Below are positions 50,261 through 62,707 of a stretch of 64,000 nt of DNA, piece after piece. The DNA is from Vicugna vicugna. Its lineage: Eukaryota. The notes below the pieces were generated by a model, which saw nothing but the letters and a program-made list of their open reading frames with translations, was not told the origin of the DNA and ran no database searches. A program made the translations under genes and the position numbers. Where the stretch lies: the NCBI GenBank assembly GCA_013265495.1, contig MU058423.1:4882793-4946792 (forward strand), in the 5' to 3' direction. Positions within the stretch are counted from its first letter, which is position 1; each line of letters begins with the position of its first letter.

Positions 50261-52254
50261 TATCAAATATTCAAAGAGAACAGAGAAGTGCCTAGCAGCT
50301 TATGCCATCTCTTATAAAAATGGTGTTCTGGACAAGAGACTGTGCTCTTTCTTCCTTATTAATTAACTTGGTATCACCACAGTTTCCATATTTCCATGTA
50401 ATTTTTGGATGATCTTCACTATATTAGTTTAGATGTATATATATACATTTTTTGTGTTTGTGTGTAACACAGTAAAGCCACATTTTCATATTTCCCAAAG
50501 TCTTTGAAAATAGAGAAAACAGGGAATTTCATCAATTTGCTAATAGTTTGGCTACACAAAGCCAAATGATTGATTTTACCTTAAAAATTTTTTAATGTTT
50601 TTAATAAATAAAATTGATATTTTTTCTACCGTAGAATTAAGTTAACTAGTTGATGTTGGCATGTTATGCACCTACTCTGAATTAGGTATTTTTGGAAATT
50701 GTTCATTGTGCAGTCTCTTAAAGTACTATTAACACTTTTTTTTTCTGCCAGCGGTTTGAAAATATTCATGCAGCTTTCAAAAATCCCTAATTTGTTTCCA
50801 TGTAGGAGATCATATATTGGAAAAATCTGACTCGGTATGAAATATTTACAGTAAAAATTATTTTGCACTAATAAGTGTACTTAAAATGGGTTTATACAGA
50901 AAGTTTTTTTCCCTTCTTCCAGCTTTACCTCTATTATAGCTTTTTATTGAGCCTCTCACCTTGAACACAGGGAGTTTTATGAAGAGCTGTGATGTACTAA
51001 AAGTAGCTACCTAGCTGTCAAAGTTATCACTTCAATTGCAAAAGCTAAGCCCAAGTTTTACAAAGCTGGTCCCCTCATATCCTTTCCCTCCTCTTTTCCC
51101 TTGAGGAAATTTTTCTAAAAAAGTTTGGTAACTGTTTCCTTCTTTCAGTTCAGAGTCACCCTGGTTTGGTCCTTGAGAAAAGAAGACATGCTATTGAACA
51201 TACGATTATAAAATCTTAATCCAGGCACTGAAGGAATTCAATCTGATTTGCAGTTTCCAAATCAAATATTGCATACATTTAGAGAAAACTAGAAATAATA
51301 GCATTTATATCTCTCTGTCTGCCTCCTGCGTCTATTGTCTTTGAATTATTTCAACCAGCTTTTCATTCCTTTCAAGTCTCAAGTTCCAGGGAGATCTATT
51401 TCTTGCATGGTGGTAGCATAATAGGGGTTAATGGAGTGACCTAGACGTCTAGATGAGTCATAAATTTAAACTGGTTGGCTTCTTTATGAAGTCATGGTAG
51501 GGAGAGCGGTGTTAAGGAGGAAATTCTTAAAACATAAACTTTCCTTCAGTGGTTTCTGAAATGTGTTGTTCCATAAAGTTGAAAGAGTGCTTTACATTTC
51601 TTGCTATCCTGGGTGACAAGGCAAAGTGTCGTATATTATTTGATAAGGATGAGTTAAAAGTGATCTCACTCTTATTACAGATGCCCCGAGGAGGTGGTCT
51701 ACAAAGGTTGAGGTAGCCCCAGGGCTTTCTCCTGAGATGCCTCAAAGAGTCTGACTGTATGTCTTTCCTGAAATAATAAGTATTTGGAGAAATCTATCTT
51801 TCTTTGATTTTATGATTCTACATCTTTGGAGTTTTTATTTAAAAGAAGACTTTAAAATTATAGACTTTTTCTTTTTAAAAATGATAACGTTTCTTTTTCA
51901 TTCATTCTGTACATTTAACATTCTTTGCTTAAGCAATATGAGGCAGGAACTTAGAAGCTAAGAGGTAATAGCTTGAAATGGGAAGAACCTCCTTTCAGGG
52001 TATTTACCTGTGACTATTAACTTGCAAGCAAGATGTAGATGGTGATCACTTTCATTTTTCTGTTTCATGTCATACAATCATGTGATGGCATTTAGTTTCT
52101 TTTAGTCGTCAAGAAAAACCATTGATATGCATGGAAGATGTGATTCTCTTCATGTAATCCAAATGAGTATGCTTTGAGTTATCTTGGTAATTCCTCTTTC
52201 ACCCTAATTTTAAAATGCAAATTGTTCCTTTGTTACTTTTTTAACTCCATACTG

Positions 52255-53205
52255 ACAACTTTTTATTATGATAAGATACACAGAACATGAAATATACTAC
52301 TTCAACCATTTTAAAATGTATGATTTAGTGCCACTTACTAATTACAGTGCTGTGTAACCATCACAGCTATCTACTTCCAGACCATCTTCATCGCTCACAT
52401 CCATGGATCAGTCTTTCCCCATTCTCCTTTGCCCCCAGCCCCTGGCTACCATTAATCTGCTTTCTGTCTCTATGGATTTGCCAATTCTGGATATTTTATA
52501 TAAATTGAATCATGCATGGTTGTGGTCTTTTGTGTTTGGCTTCTTCACTTGGCATGTCTTCAAAGTTTATCCAGAAGGTAGCATGTGTAACAGGGAGGAA
52601 CAAACGTGACTCCATATTAGGTCTGTTCCTTTAGCTCCAACCCTGTACTCTGTTTCCTGGGCTTAGTCATGCTGGTTCTGCACCTTTTGAAGAGAATGTT
52701 GCCTACAGCCCAAAATATACAAGGTAGCCTATTCTCAAAGCTCTGAACTTTAAGGGTATAATACTTTCTCATTCATATACAGATAAAAAGTTGCAGAATA
52801 GAATGTAACACTTGTCTTGTTGGAGGTTTACTGGGACACCATGACCTGACCTACATGGACAGCTGCAAGAACAAAGGATTCTGACACCATAAGCTTGAAA
52901 CAACCAACCACACCTTCTCCCCTTCTTAGTATTAAAGGAGCCTCAATCCTGACTTAGGGAAGATGGTTCTCCAGGATATTAGTCTGCCATCTTCTCAGTC
53001 TTCTGGCTTTCTGAATAATCCTTGCCCTAACACCTCGTTTCCCAATTTATTGGCGAGCAGAACAAGTTTGGAGTTGATAACACATGTATCAGTATTCATT
53101 TCTTTTTATGGCTGAATAGTACTCCATTATATGACTATACCACACTAGGTTTATTCATTTACTAGCTGGTAGACATTTGGGTTGTTCCCACCATTTACTT
53201 TTATA
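52255..53205 (-). mobile_element. L1MB-like 3' end split by the LTR at 52586-53082
   Basis: CCCCAGCCCTGGCTACCATTAATCTGCTTTCTGTCTCTATGGATTTGCCAATTCTGGATATTTTATATAAAT...GTAGCATG resumes after the LTR as TATCAGTATTCATTTCTTTTTATGGCTGAATAGTACTCCATT. Confidence 0.88.
52586..53082 (+). mobile_element. Intact ERV1 solo LTR (MER41-like), 497 bp
   Basis: TGTAACA...ATAACA termini and a perfect 4-bp TSD, CATG, at 52582-52585 and 53083-53086. The host L1 rejoins precisely across it. Confidence 0.9.
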
Positions 53206-55989
53206 ATTGATAATATGACATCCTCAGGTAAGATTTAAGTGAGTATATTGCTTGCTTCAAGTAGTTTGCAAACAATCAAAATCCATTTGAAAGGAGACAG
53301 GAATGTTCCTTGGAATGCATCTTGTACTATTCTGTCTTCCTTCAAGGCTCTGATCTAATGTGGTGTTTGAAATAGAGACTTGGTCTTTCAGCAAGTGGAG
53401 GCTGCTCTGCCTCTTCTCTCCAATGTCCTATGTAACTTAGGCAATGAGTTCTTGAAAGGCATTTTTGTAGACAAGTAAAATCTAGCTATAATAGAAAGGT
53501 TATTTCTCGTCAAATTGGTGATATGCCTATTCCATTTACAGCAATGAAAAACAGAATAAAAAGAGATTGCATTATGTTTCATAATTCCAAAATATCCTGA
53601 AGTGAAACTTGAATTCATTATTTTGATTTTAAAGATTCCACAGCTCATGGAAATCAGATTGGCAGCTTTAGGTATGAAGCAATAACTTACCCCCAGCATT
53701 GTGTATTGCATGTTTTGAAAATGAAGGTCAAGACTCTGAGGTTGCCCCATCCTCTTGCAGAACAGCGTGATGCGATCTTTAACTCCACTTGAGCAGCCAC
53801 TAGAGGCAAGCCAATGAGACCTCAGTTTAATGTCTCAGCTGAAGGGCAGACAGGCAGAGCCATTATTAATACCCGACAAGCCGAGAACTCTGCCTCAGTG
53901 TAGTTAAGACCTCAGTGACGGGCAGCGGCACTTTATAATTTATAAGGTTGAAAATGGATCGAGACTCTTTTTTCTAAGAAGAAAATAAAGTCATAATGCA
54001 TTTTCAACTGACGCTTACTTGCACTTAAGTGGCCCTCAGGGCATCCCATTAATGAGGATCAGGGGTTACAAGAAACAGGTATAGATATGTAAAGATGTTG
54101 AATTAACATCTTTTTCCTTTCCATAAACCTGAAAAAGCACACAGTGTCCTTTCAGCATTTTTGATAAACATATACTTAAAGTTAAAACTGCTACTTGCAG
54201 AGCCATAATACTATATGAAGCCATATGGTAAACTGTCTATCTTGGTGATTACAAACCCTGATTTTATAGCACCCTAGGGATGTCGTAAAAAATTGAAAAT
54301 TATTTTTAATTAAAAATGCATGGTAACTTCAATGTAACGCATTCTCTATAAACCAGAATTCCTCTAAAAAATAGATTTACTCTAGTCTCCGTCTATATGG
54401 ATTTTTGTGCCAAAAAGATTTCATGTTAGGTGCATCTATCTAAATAGAAACAATTTGAAAAATTAGCATTGGAGAGTGCATTAAATCATTTATTCCTATT
54501 TCCTTTAGGACTGAGGTAGCTACAGAATCAAGTTGCGCACAGTAAGACATATCGCCTCAATTTATTGAGGATTGGGTTAAGAATCATGTTTAATTTTGTA
54601 TCTTTTTTTCCCTAAAAATTAAAAAAAAATCTGGCTCACTTATATTACTAGAAATTTGTTCTATTCTCAGGAAGAGAATGAAATTTGTAAATTACCTTAA
54701 TTGTGTGTGTGTGTGTGTATGCATATATATTTTCTTTTAACACATTAAAGACCATTCAATTTTATTAATTAACATATATGAAGTTCACAATAATCTAAAT
54801 AAAGACTTTCTAAATCTCTCTGTGATGCTTCAAAAAACATATTACATGCATTCAAGAAGCATTCTTTTTCTTCTGATATAATGGTCTGTGTATTGTGCGT
54901 TTTCTGGTTTTCAAAACAGAAGCTAATCATTTAGTAAACATGGATATACATCAATTTTATGACCTTTTAGGGAAGGGTTACCTATATTTTCCTTGGCTAT
55001 CTGTGAAAATTTCTTTATTTCAACCATCTCAACTAATATTGATGACTTTATTGCCACTAGGGAGATACATCTAAGACATACAAAGTAGTCTTTCAATCTC
55101 TCAAATAATATGTAAGAATTACCAATAGAAAGATAACAAAAAAAATTGAAACTAATAAGGAAATATCATTTGCTCTAATAGCCAGCTCTGAAGCCAAAGT
55201 TTCTCTTACAATACTAATGAGTGAATGAAGAAAAGAAGCTATTCTTAATGTATTTCTTAACTTAAGCATATATTAAAAGTGAAACAAAAAATGGCCTGAG
55301 GCTTTGTACCCATGGCTGTTCTAGGAATCAGTTGGGAGAAGCCATCATTTGTACACTCTTACCATGTATATGCCTGCATGTCTCACCAGGAACTTGACAA
55401 GACCAGAGAGCACATGTCAATCCTTTCCCACTTTGATATAAAACTTCATCAGCCTCTGAAGCAATAGTCAGACGATGATTCATAAGCAAGGTGTTTTTAC
55501 ATTGATCTCGTGTATATTTTATTTATATTTTAACTTATGTTTCCTTAAGTTAAGGGAGTTCCTTAGGAGTTAAGGATCACTGTGTTTTAGTGATTCTTAA
55601 CCCTGTGAAGGCTTTTTCTTTAACTCATAGTGAAGATATTTCATTCCCAGTGAACAAAAAGGAAGACCTACAAGAGATAAGTATTAAATTAACCCTACAA
55701 AAATGTGCTACCTATTCAAGCTACTTGCTATTCCTCTGTCTCAAGCTCACAGAATGCATGGACAGTTACAATACCAGGGCACTAAAGGCATTGATCATAC
55801 AGAGCCATCATTCTCTTGAAGCTTACTCCTAATTGTTGTACAAACATTGGTTTACTTCTGCTTCATGAATTTTCAAATTATATCTTTGATGCCTCTAAGA
55901 TGAACAGTCTATGATTCTCAAGGCACTTTGATTTTACTATTCAGTCCTCCACATATTCATCCTTCAGCCTCCGTCTGCTTTGGTGCTAA

Positions 55990-56150
55990 CTGTGGTTGAC
56001 ATTGGGCATTTAAAGTAAAACATGGTCTCTGACTCCCAGGTGCTTGCAGGATAGCAGGAGGTGACAGACATATAGAGAAGTAATAGGAATCAGTTATTAC
56101 AGAGGCTATCATAAATATGCATGCACTATAGTGGAGAACAAAAAAGGAAA
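55990..56150 (-). mobile_element. LINE-2 fragment
   Basis: AAACATGGTCTCTGACTCCCAGGTGCTTGCAGGATAGCAGGAGGTGACAGACATATA. Confidence 0.6.
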
Positions 56151-58556
56151 TGTTTCTTTCTACCTAAAGTTGAATAAGAATGCATAGAGATGAAGAATAA
56201 TATTTAATGCATACTGACAATTGAAAATAGAAATTAAATAAGCAAACAAAAGAAACAGTAAATGAAAGTGAGCACACCAAAGAGAAAAAGAGCCTGAAAG
56301 AAAAAAATATGGGAATAAAAAGATGGAAGAAAGACTTATAGAGGATTTCTTTAAAGTTATTAACAATAACTGAAAGTAAATATTTCGATAAAATGTCCTT
56401 TAGAATTTTAAAAATTTTATTCTAGAAAGATATTGATGACTGATCAATTATGGAATAGAGTCTCATTAAAATCCTTGTAAAGAGTCTGACTTTTCCTAAC
56501 ACAATTCTGGAATAATACCCTGGAATCAATAACCTCTTTTAGCAAATGTATTATTTTAGTCTATGTGTTAATTCTGTAAGAATTACTGTTTAATCATCAC
56601 AAAAATGGAATAATATAGAATGCCAGTTAAAATATACACATACTTTCAAGCCATTAGACCAGCACATAGACTTTTTAAATGGCTAGTTGGATATTCCATA
56701 AAAATTTAATTAGCATTTTAGAATCAGCAGTATCATGCTTCTTGCATTAAACAAACTCATTCAGAATACTGGCTATGGAGTACTGGCAGGAACCACTGGT
56801 AACAATCGGAACAAGACATGACTTCCTTTCATGTTGACTGATGTAGAAGGCAGAGATTGTCCCCTGCAACACTTTAAAATTTTTTCTACACAAGTTAAAG
56901 GAGCAGAGCAAGTTCTCAAATGACAGTTTTTATGTCAAATACATTCTGGCATTAGGTAAATTGTGTTTTCTATTTTGAGAACTTTTTCCAATGATAGATC
57001 TTTCAGACTTTGCAAGATTTTGGAAAAACCTCCAAATTTAGTCTGATTCCCATGGTTTGTTAGTTATTATGGGGCTAGGTCATGGAGTACCAAGGATGAA
57101 AATCCTCAATCCTGGAACTTAATCAGCATGCATAAAACTGTCATTAAATTACATAATTTATATTTTTATTTTTAGTCCTATTTTCTTTTTTTCACAGTTC
57201 TCATGTATCGGGGCTCTATTACATGCAAACAAACATGCTATTAAATATAGAAACAATGAAACCTAATCTAGAGAAATAATAACACATTTCGTGGAAATTA
57301 AACCCATTTATAAAAGGTATGAAATTTTTAGCAATTTTAAGCAACAGGTCAAAATGCAATATAATTCTCCACAAATTGAAGAATTAAGGGCTGAGCTGAT
57401 GAGTCAAAATGCGATAATTAGGATGTGGAGTAGACCGATTTCTGAAATGTTTGAAAAGCTGTTGACTTCCACGGCGTCACATAATGACACCTTCCTGCTG
57501 TGATAGTTTGTACATCATTAACTCGGTTAAATGGAGCTGCATTTTCTAGTTTCTTCTTTCCAGGTTAGGTTTGACCATAGGAGAGATTATGTGAGATTTG
57601 TAAGGCCAAAGTGAAGCGGTGGCCATTCCTCTCTAAAGGTCAGTGTAGCTCACACGCGGGTCGCTGATCTGTCTTACAGAAGATGATGTGGGGCTACAGC
57701 CAGAACTGCAGAGACTCTAGGTCCCGTGGGGCCACTCAGTTTCTTCCAGCTGTGGGTCAAGTGAAGAGAAGCGGCTTCTTCTGCCCATCACCACGTCATC
57801 AAGCTGAGAGGCCGTGACAGACAGAGGTGACCAGTTGTCTTCATGGTTTAAAGCTGTCCTTGCTTTCCTCTGGGTCATGCCTAGCTTTTCTTCCTGACTG
57901 GTGGCCCTCCTGATCTCCAGTAACTTCATGATTTCACCAGATACTCCCCCCAGCATCCACAGGTGCATAAGGTGTACTGCCTATAACTGATCCTTTATTA
58001 TATCACTTACAGTTGTTCTTCTTCCCTGACTGAACCCTAAATAATAGAGAAATTCATATCAGAAGGGCTCTGGGGGAACAGAACCTTATGAAAGTGTTCT
58101 TTGAAATGACCCTGTGATGTCTGGAATTGGTTATTTGATCCAATTATATTTCAAGACACTGATGAGCCCCCGGACAGTGGTAATGTAGATGCGGTGAATC
58201 CATGGCAAAGGGTTACTTAGAATATCATCTGTAGACATCTGTAACCAAATGTTTGTAGGAGGACTGAGGTGACTATGTAATTTTTGCCATAGACTATTTT
58301 ATAAAAATAAGGAGCACAATGTTTGGCTGTTGCTTTGAAGTATTCCAGAAGATGTGGGGAAAATACACAATGAGTTCAGACTTTTAACTTTCCAGTCAAT
58401 AATAAGAGAGGGGAACACTTCTAAGCCTGCCCAAAAATAAACCTTTATTTCCTATAGCTATAGGACTGAATTTTCTGAAAACCAAGCCCAAAGTGTAAAA
58501 CTGATATTTTGGGGTAAATTAAAAAATCAATTAAATTTACAACTTCAAAACATCTC

Positions 58557-58731
58557 TTTTTTTAGTGTGTGTGTGTATATATGAAGTACAGAGTTTACAA
58601 TGTTGTGTCAATTTCTGGTGTATAGCATAATGCATCAGTCATACATGAATATACATATATTCATTTTCATATTCTTTTTCACCATAAGTTACTACAAGAT
58701 ACTGAATATAATTCCCTGTGCTATACAGCAG
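58557..58731 (-). mobile_element. Young camelid-type L1 3' tail
   Basis: GAAGTACAGAGTTTACAATGTTGTGTCAATTTCTGGTGTATAGCATAAT...ACAAGATACTGAATATAATTCCCTGTGCTATACAG matches 12400-12540. Confidence 0.9.
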
Positions 58732-58736
58732 TAAGA

Positions 58737-58813
58737 CATGCTTAGCATGCGTGAGGTCCTGGGTTCAATCCCTAGTACCTCCATTAAAAAAATCATAGAT
58801 AAATAAATAAATA
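58737..58813 (+). mobile_element. 5'-truncated vic-1-like SINE
   Basis: CATGCTTAGCATGCGTGAGGTCCTGGGTTCAATCCCTAGTACCTCCATT followed by a (TAAA)n tail. The A box is missing. Confidence 0.9.
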
Positions 58814-58834
58814 GATATTAAAAAGTCCCTTAAA

Positions 58835-59030
58835 TATAGGAAAATGCATTAAACCTCACTCATAATCAGAGAAATGCAAATTTAAAACCTGATATCATGT
58901 CTCACCTATCAAATTGATGCAAATTTAAAAGAATAACTTTTTATTTGCAAGTCTGGGAAACCAGGCATTCTCATACAATTTCTGGTAGCCAAGCTCATTA
59001 GTATAAGCTTTGTGTGAGAGAATCTAAAGG
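58835..59030 (+). mobile_element. Old L1 ORF2-end fragment
   Basis: AAACCTCACTCATAATCAGAGAAATGCAAATTTAAAAC...TCTCACCTATCAAATTG. Confidence 0.75.
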
Positions 59031-60429
59031 TCTATACTGATACCAATCAATCAACCAATAAAAATGAATAAATGAGACTAGGAAAGCTTTCCCTTACAAG
59101 AGAATGGCAACTCATAAATGTGCATGTATATGTATTTAGTGTTTGTGGGAGAGAGAGTGGGGAGGGGAGATAAGGGGGGCGGGGAAGGATACAGAGAACA
59201 CAGACCTGGGTTACATCAAATAGCCCTCAGTGTAGCTGACAAATCTGAAAGTCGTGAGAAAGGGGCCACTAGTTTTAGGAGGCTATTGCAAACAATCGCC
59301 TGTAAAAAGATTTTTTTTTAAATTAGGACTAGTAACATGGCAGTAAAAATGGGAGGAGGTGTAAACAACAAAGCTGAATATTATCAAATTATTAACAAGG
59401 AGAAGTGGATGATACTGATGAGTATTTGGAATAGGAGAGGGGGGTGAAAATGATTTGAAAAGGAGAGAGATCTATTACACAAATTTGAAAAAAAATAGCA
59501 AGACCAAGGGTTACCTTTTAATACTTGTCCAAATAGACTTGAGAACCTAACACAAACCCCTAGAGATGTTTTGGAGGGAATCTATCTCTGATAAAAATTT
59601 CAGTGAAAAAGGGACACAACATACATTTTTTAAAACTTTCTATAGTTGAAAGTTTCAGGACAAATCTCTTCTACTATTAAATGAGCTCCTTAAATTGAGG
59701 CTTTATTATACATAAAATAGGCCAGTCTCTTAAAAACAAAGTATATTTTAATATTTATATATGGTTATTTTATTCATAGCCCCACTTCATTATCTGCCAG
59801 ACTGCTGAAGTAGAAGAGAAACTGTCTCTTAAATCTCTATAAACATGTGTTTTTATGTAACAATAAGATTTAATCACTTCATGTTATACCTGTAAAACTA
59901 TGAAAAAATCACATACATTCATGGGTGGTTTCCATCCTAAAGTACAGTGAGAACTTGTTCGCTATGCCCCAGTAGTGAATCTGTTTGAGCACCAGTTATA
60001 TTCAAGCAGAACTGTTGAAAAGTTATGGGAATATCAATGTAGCAGATAATTAAATGTGTACAGAATCTATTAATGTGTATAATTAAGACAGAACATCATT
60101 GGAGTTTATTATGAAATTATAATATCCTGTAATCATCCTGAAAGGGACTGCTTGTCATGTTGGATTGCTTCATTATGGCCAAGTAGTTACTCTCACTTGA
60201 AGTTGCAGTGATTAAAACAATTAGTATAGGGTTAGGCCCAGTTATAAAAGTTGCAATAAAAATATTAACAAATCTAAATGTGAGCATAAGGACTGGATTT
60301 TAACATGCAGCATTTCTTTGGAGACGGATGAAATTTATTCTATCACACTGTTCTCAATTAGCAAGAGATGGCAGTGCTCCATCCCACTTAGTGGCTGTTA
60401 GTGCAGAATATTGGAAAATACTTTTATGT

Positions 60430-60690
60430 ACTTTAGAGCTGCTAAATCTAAGTGGAAACTGATGAGAAGAAACATGTCAACAGACTTATAAATCATGTCT
60501 CTTACTGGCTGTGTATTCTCTATGCCTCAGTGTCCTAATGTACAATGTCGTGATAATCCATGAAAGATTTTATCATGAAGATAAATTACATACGTATAAT
60601 TATGTGCAGAATCATACAATATCTCTCAGTATGTGTGTGACATAATAAGCAGTGAGTGTAAGCTATTATTATTATTGCTGTTACTATTAC
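60430..60690 (+). mobile_element. MIR
   Basis: CTTACTGGCTGTGT...TCTCTATGCCTCAGTGTCCTAATGTACAATG...AGCTATTATT. Confidence 0.7.
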
Positions 60691-61699
60691 TGCCATTATT
60701 ATTGATTTATTATCTTTTTTCTCTTACACATTTTATTTGACGATCTGCTTAGAGCCCAGAAAATGATATTTTATTGCCTTACTGATTTAAGGCATCAGGA
60801 ATGCCTTCCTTCCTTTTACAAGTATTATGACTAATGTCATATGGGACTTGAATGATCCTTGAAGGTGGGTCTACAAATGGTGTGTGAACTAAATGATAAC
60901 TAAAATAATTTTTCTTCATTTGTATCGTGGTCCATTTTATACAAAGAATAAGAAAGCTCACATAGTCCACCATTTGTCTTCACAGGGACTCGTGCCTAAG
61001 TTACCACATGATGTTTAGAATTTATATTATTTTGCAGAGACTTTCAAAACAGGAGAGTCTATGAATCCCAATAATTTCCTTCTCTCATCATCAGTTTTTC
61101 TCTTCTACTGGTGATTTGACAAGGGTGGTATCATAGAGTGGGGTGGGGGGTAAACTGTGATAGGAGTGGGTTCAAGAGAGAAGGGAAAAGAAAATTTAAT
61201 TTTTAATATGTGGGTGTAAATTTTGGGAAAAGTAGTTCAAAAGAGAAACAGAGCTGTGGAGGTAAAGAAATGCATAGAATAAACAGAGAGATTTTTGTTT
61301 GTCTGTTTGTTTTCTAATCTTTGTCTTTACAATGAGCCTAGAAAAGACAAATTTGTTTCATATGGAAGAGTTGTCTGGAAAGGTCAGAGTAAGAAAGTGT
61401 CTATCAGAGTAGTCTGTAAAGAATGAAAAAAATTAAGGAATTTCTGGGCCCAGATCCTTCCCCTTGACCACAGGTCAGAGAATGCCCTTGGAGCATCCCA
61501 CTCCCCCAGCACCTTGGAATTGTACCAACCATCCCCTCAACTGTTGCTCAGGCAGCCAGATCCCTGTCCTGAGATGTGAAACTCCATCCAAGACGCAGAG
61601 GTGGTGAATTGGAGGCAAGACGTTAGTAAGAAGGAAAGGTCAAGGGAATCTCAAAAGTTGCAAACGTTTAAGACCCAAATAGTCCCTCATACTTGGTGT

Positions 61700-61902
61700 G
61701 CCGAATTCTTCTTCCCCGAATTGTTTTTCTCCTTAGCACATATGGATTTGTTTGTTGTCTATTAGCCCCTCCTAGAATGTAAGCTCCACACGCTATGCTT
61801 AGAGGTCCACGTATTACTTGTTTTTGTTTTTCTTTACACTGCTCCATCTCCGACTCCTGTTAGATATTAGGTGCTCAGGAAATACTTGTTGAAAGAATGA
61901 AG
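61700..61902 (+). mobile_element. LINE-2 3' end
   Basis: CTAGAATGTAAGCTCCA...TAGGTGCTCAGGAAATACTTGTTGAAAGAATGAA. Confidence 0.85.
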
Positions 61903-62396
61903 CATCTTAGGAGATTCAGTTTAACTTATCCATATTGGAGAGGATAGATCAAAGCAGCAAGTCACATGCAGATGAACTGTACTAGAGTCAGACGAACACC
62001 ACCAGCCAACCAACCATAAAACAACCCCTCTCCCCGAGATCCTCAAATTAAACATCACTTGGCAATTCTGACAGTCTTCAGGATTCACACAGCACAAGTC
62101 TTTGGAAAAGAAAAATCATCAAAAACAGACCATTCCTTTTTGGTTTAGGTCTGAAAGATCTGAAGGATATCTTGAGTATATCCTGTATTTTGGGACTTAG
62201 AGACACACAGGTGAATTTCATTTTGGTCTCTTAAACATCAAATGGATGCTTAAAATGCACTCAAATGTGGCAAAAGCAATCCCTATCTCAACAGTGCCTA
62301 AAATGAAAAATCCACCCTGGTGTTAGACAGGTGACTTGGTCAGAGCTGGAAATTCCTGTTCTCTTCCTAGCTGTATGTGGACTGTGAATTTAACTA

Positions 62397-62707
62397 CACG
62401 TATCACTCAGAGATATTCTGAGTTCAGTTCTAGACCACCGCAATAAAGTGAGTAGCTTAGTAAAGTGAGTCACACACTTCTTTTTGGTTTCCTACTGCAC
62501 ATAAATTTATGTTGACCCTGTACTGTAGTCTATTAAGTATGTAATAGCATTATATCTAACAAAACAGTGTGTGTACCTTAATTTAAAAATAATGCTGTTG
62601 CAGAAATTGTGTCTATGAACTTACTTTATGCAGGGATGCTGAAAACCTTCAATTTGTTAAAAAAAATGCAGTATCTGCAAAGTGCAATTAAGAACAAGAG
62701 ACGCCTG
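62397..62707 (-). mobile_element. Internally deleted Tigger1 (non-autonomous TcMar MITE) inserted into a MIR
   Basis: Both Tigger1 ends are present (GAGATATTCTGAGTTCAGTTCTAGACCACCGCAATAAAG... and ...AACCTTCAATTTGTTAAAAAAAATGCAGTATCTGC...CGCCTG), with TA at 62395-62396 and 62708-62709. Confidence 0.88.

Noticed and set aside
53795..53810. CTCF-like CCACTAGAGGCA
   Set aside because: It is one G short of the core spacing, so the match is poor.
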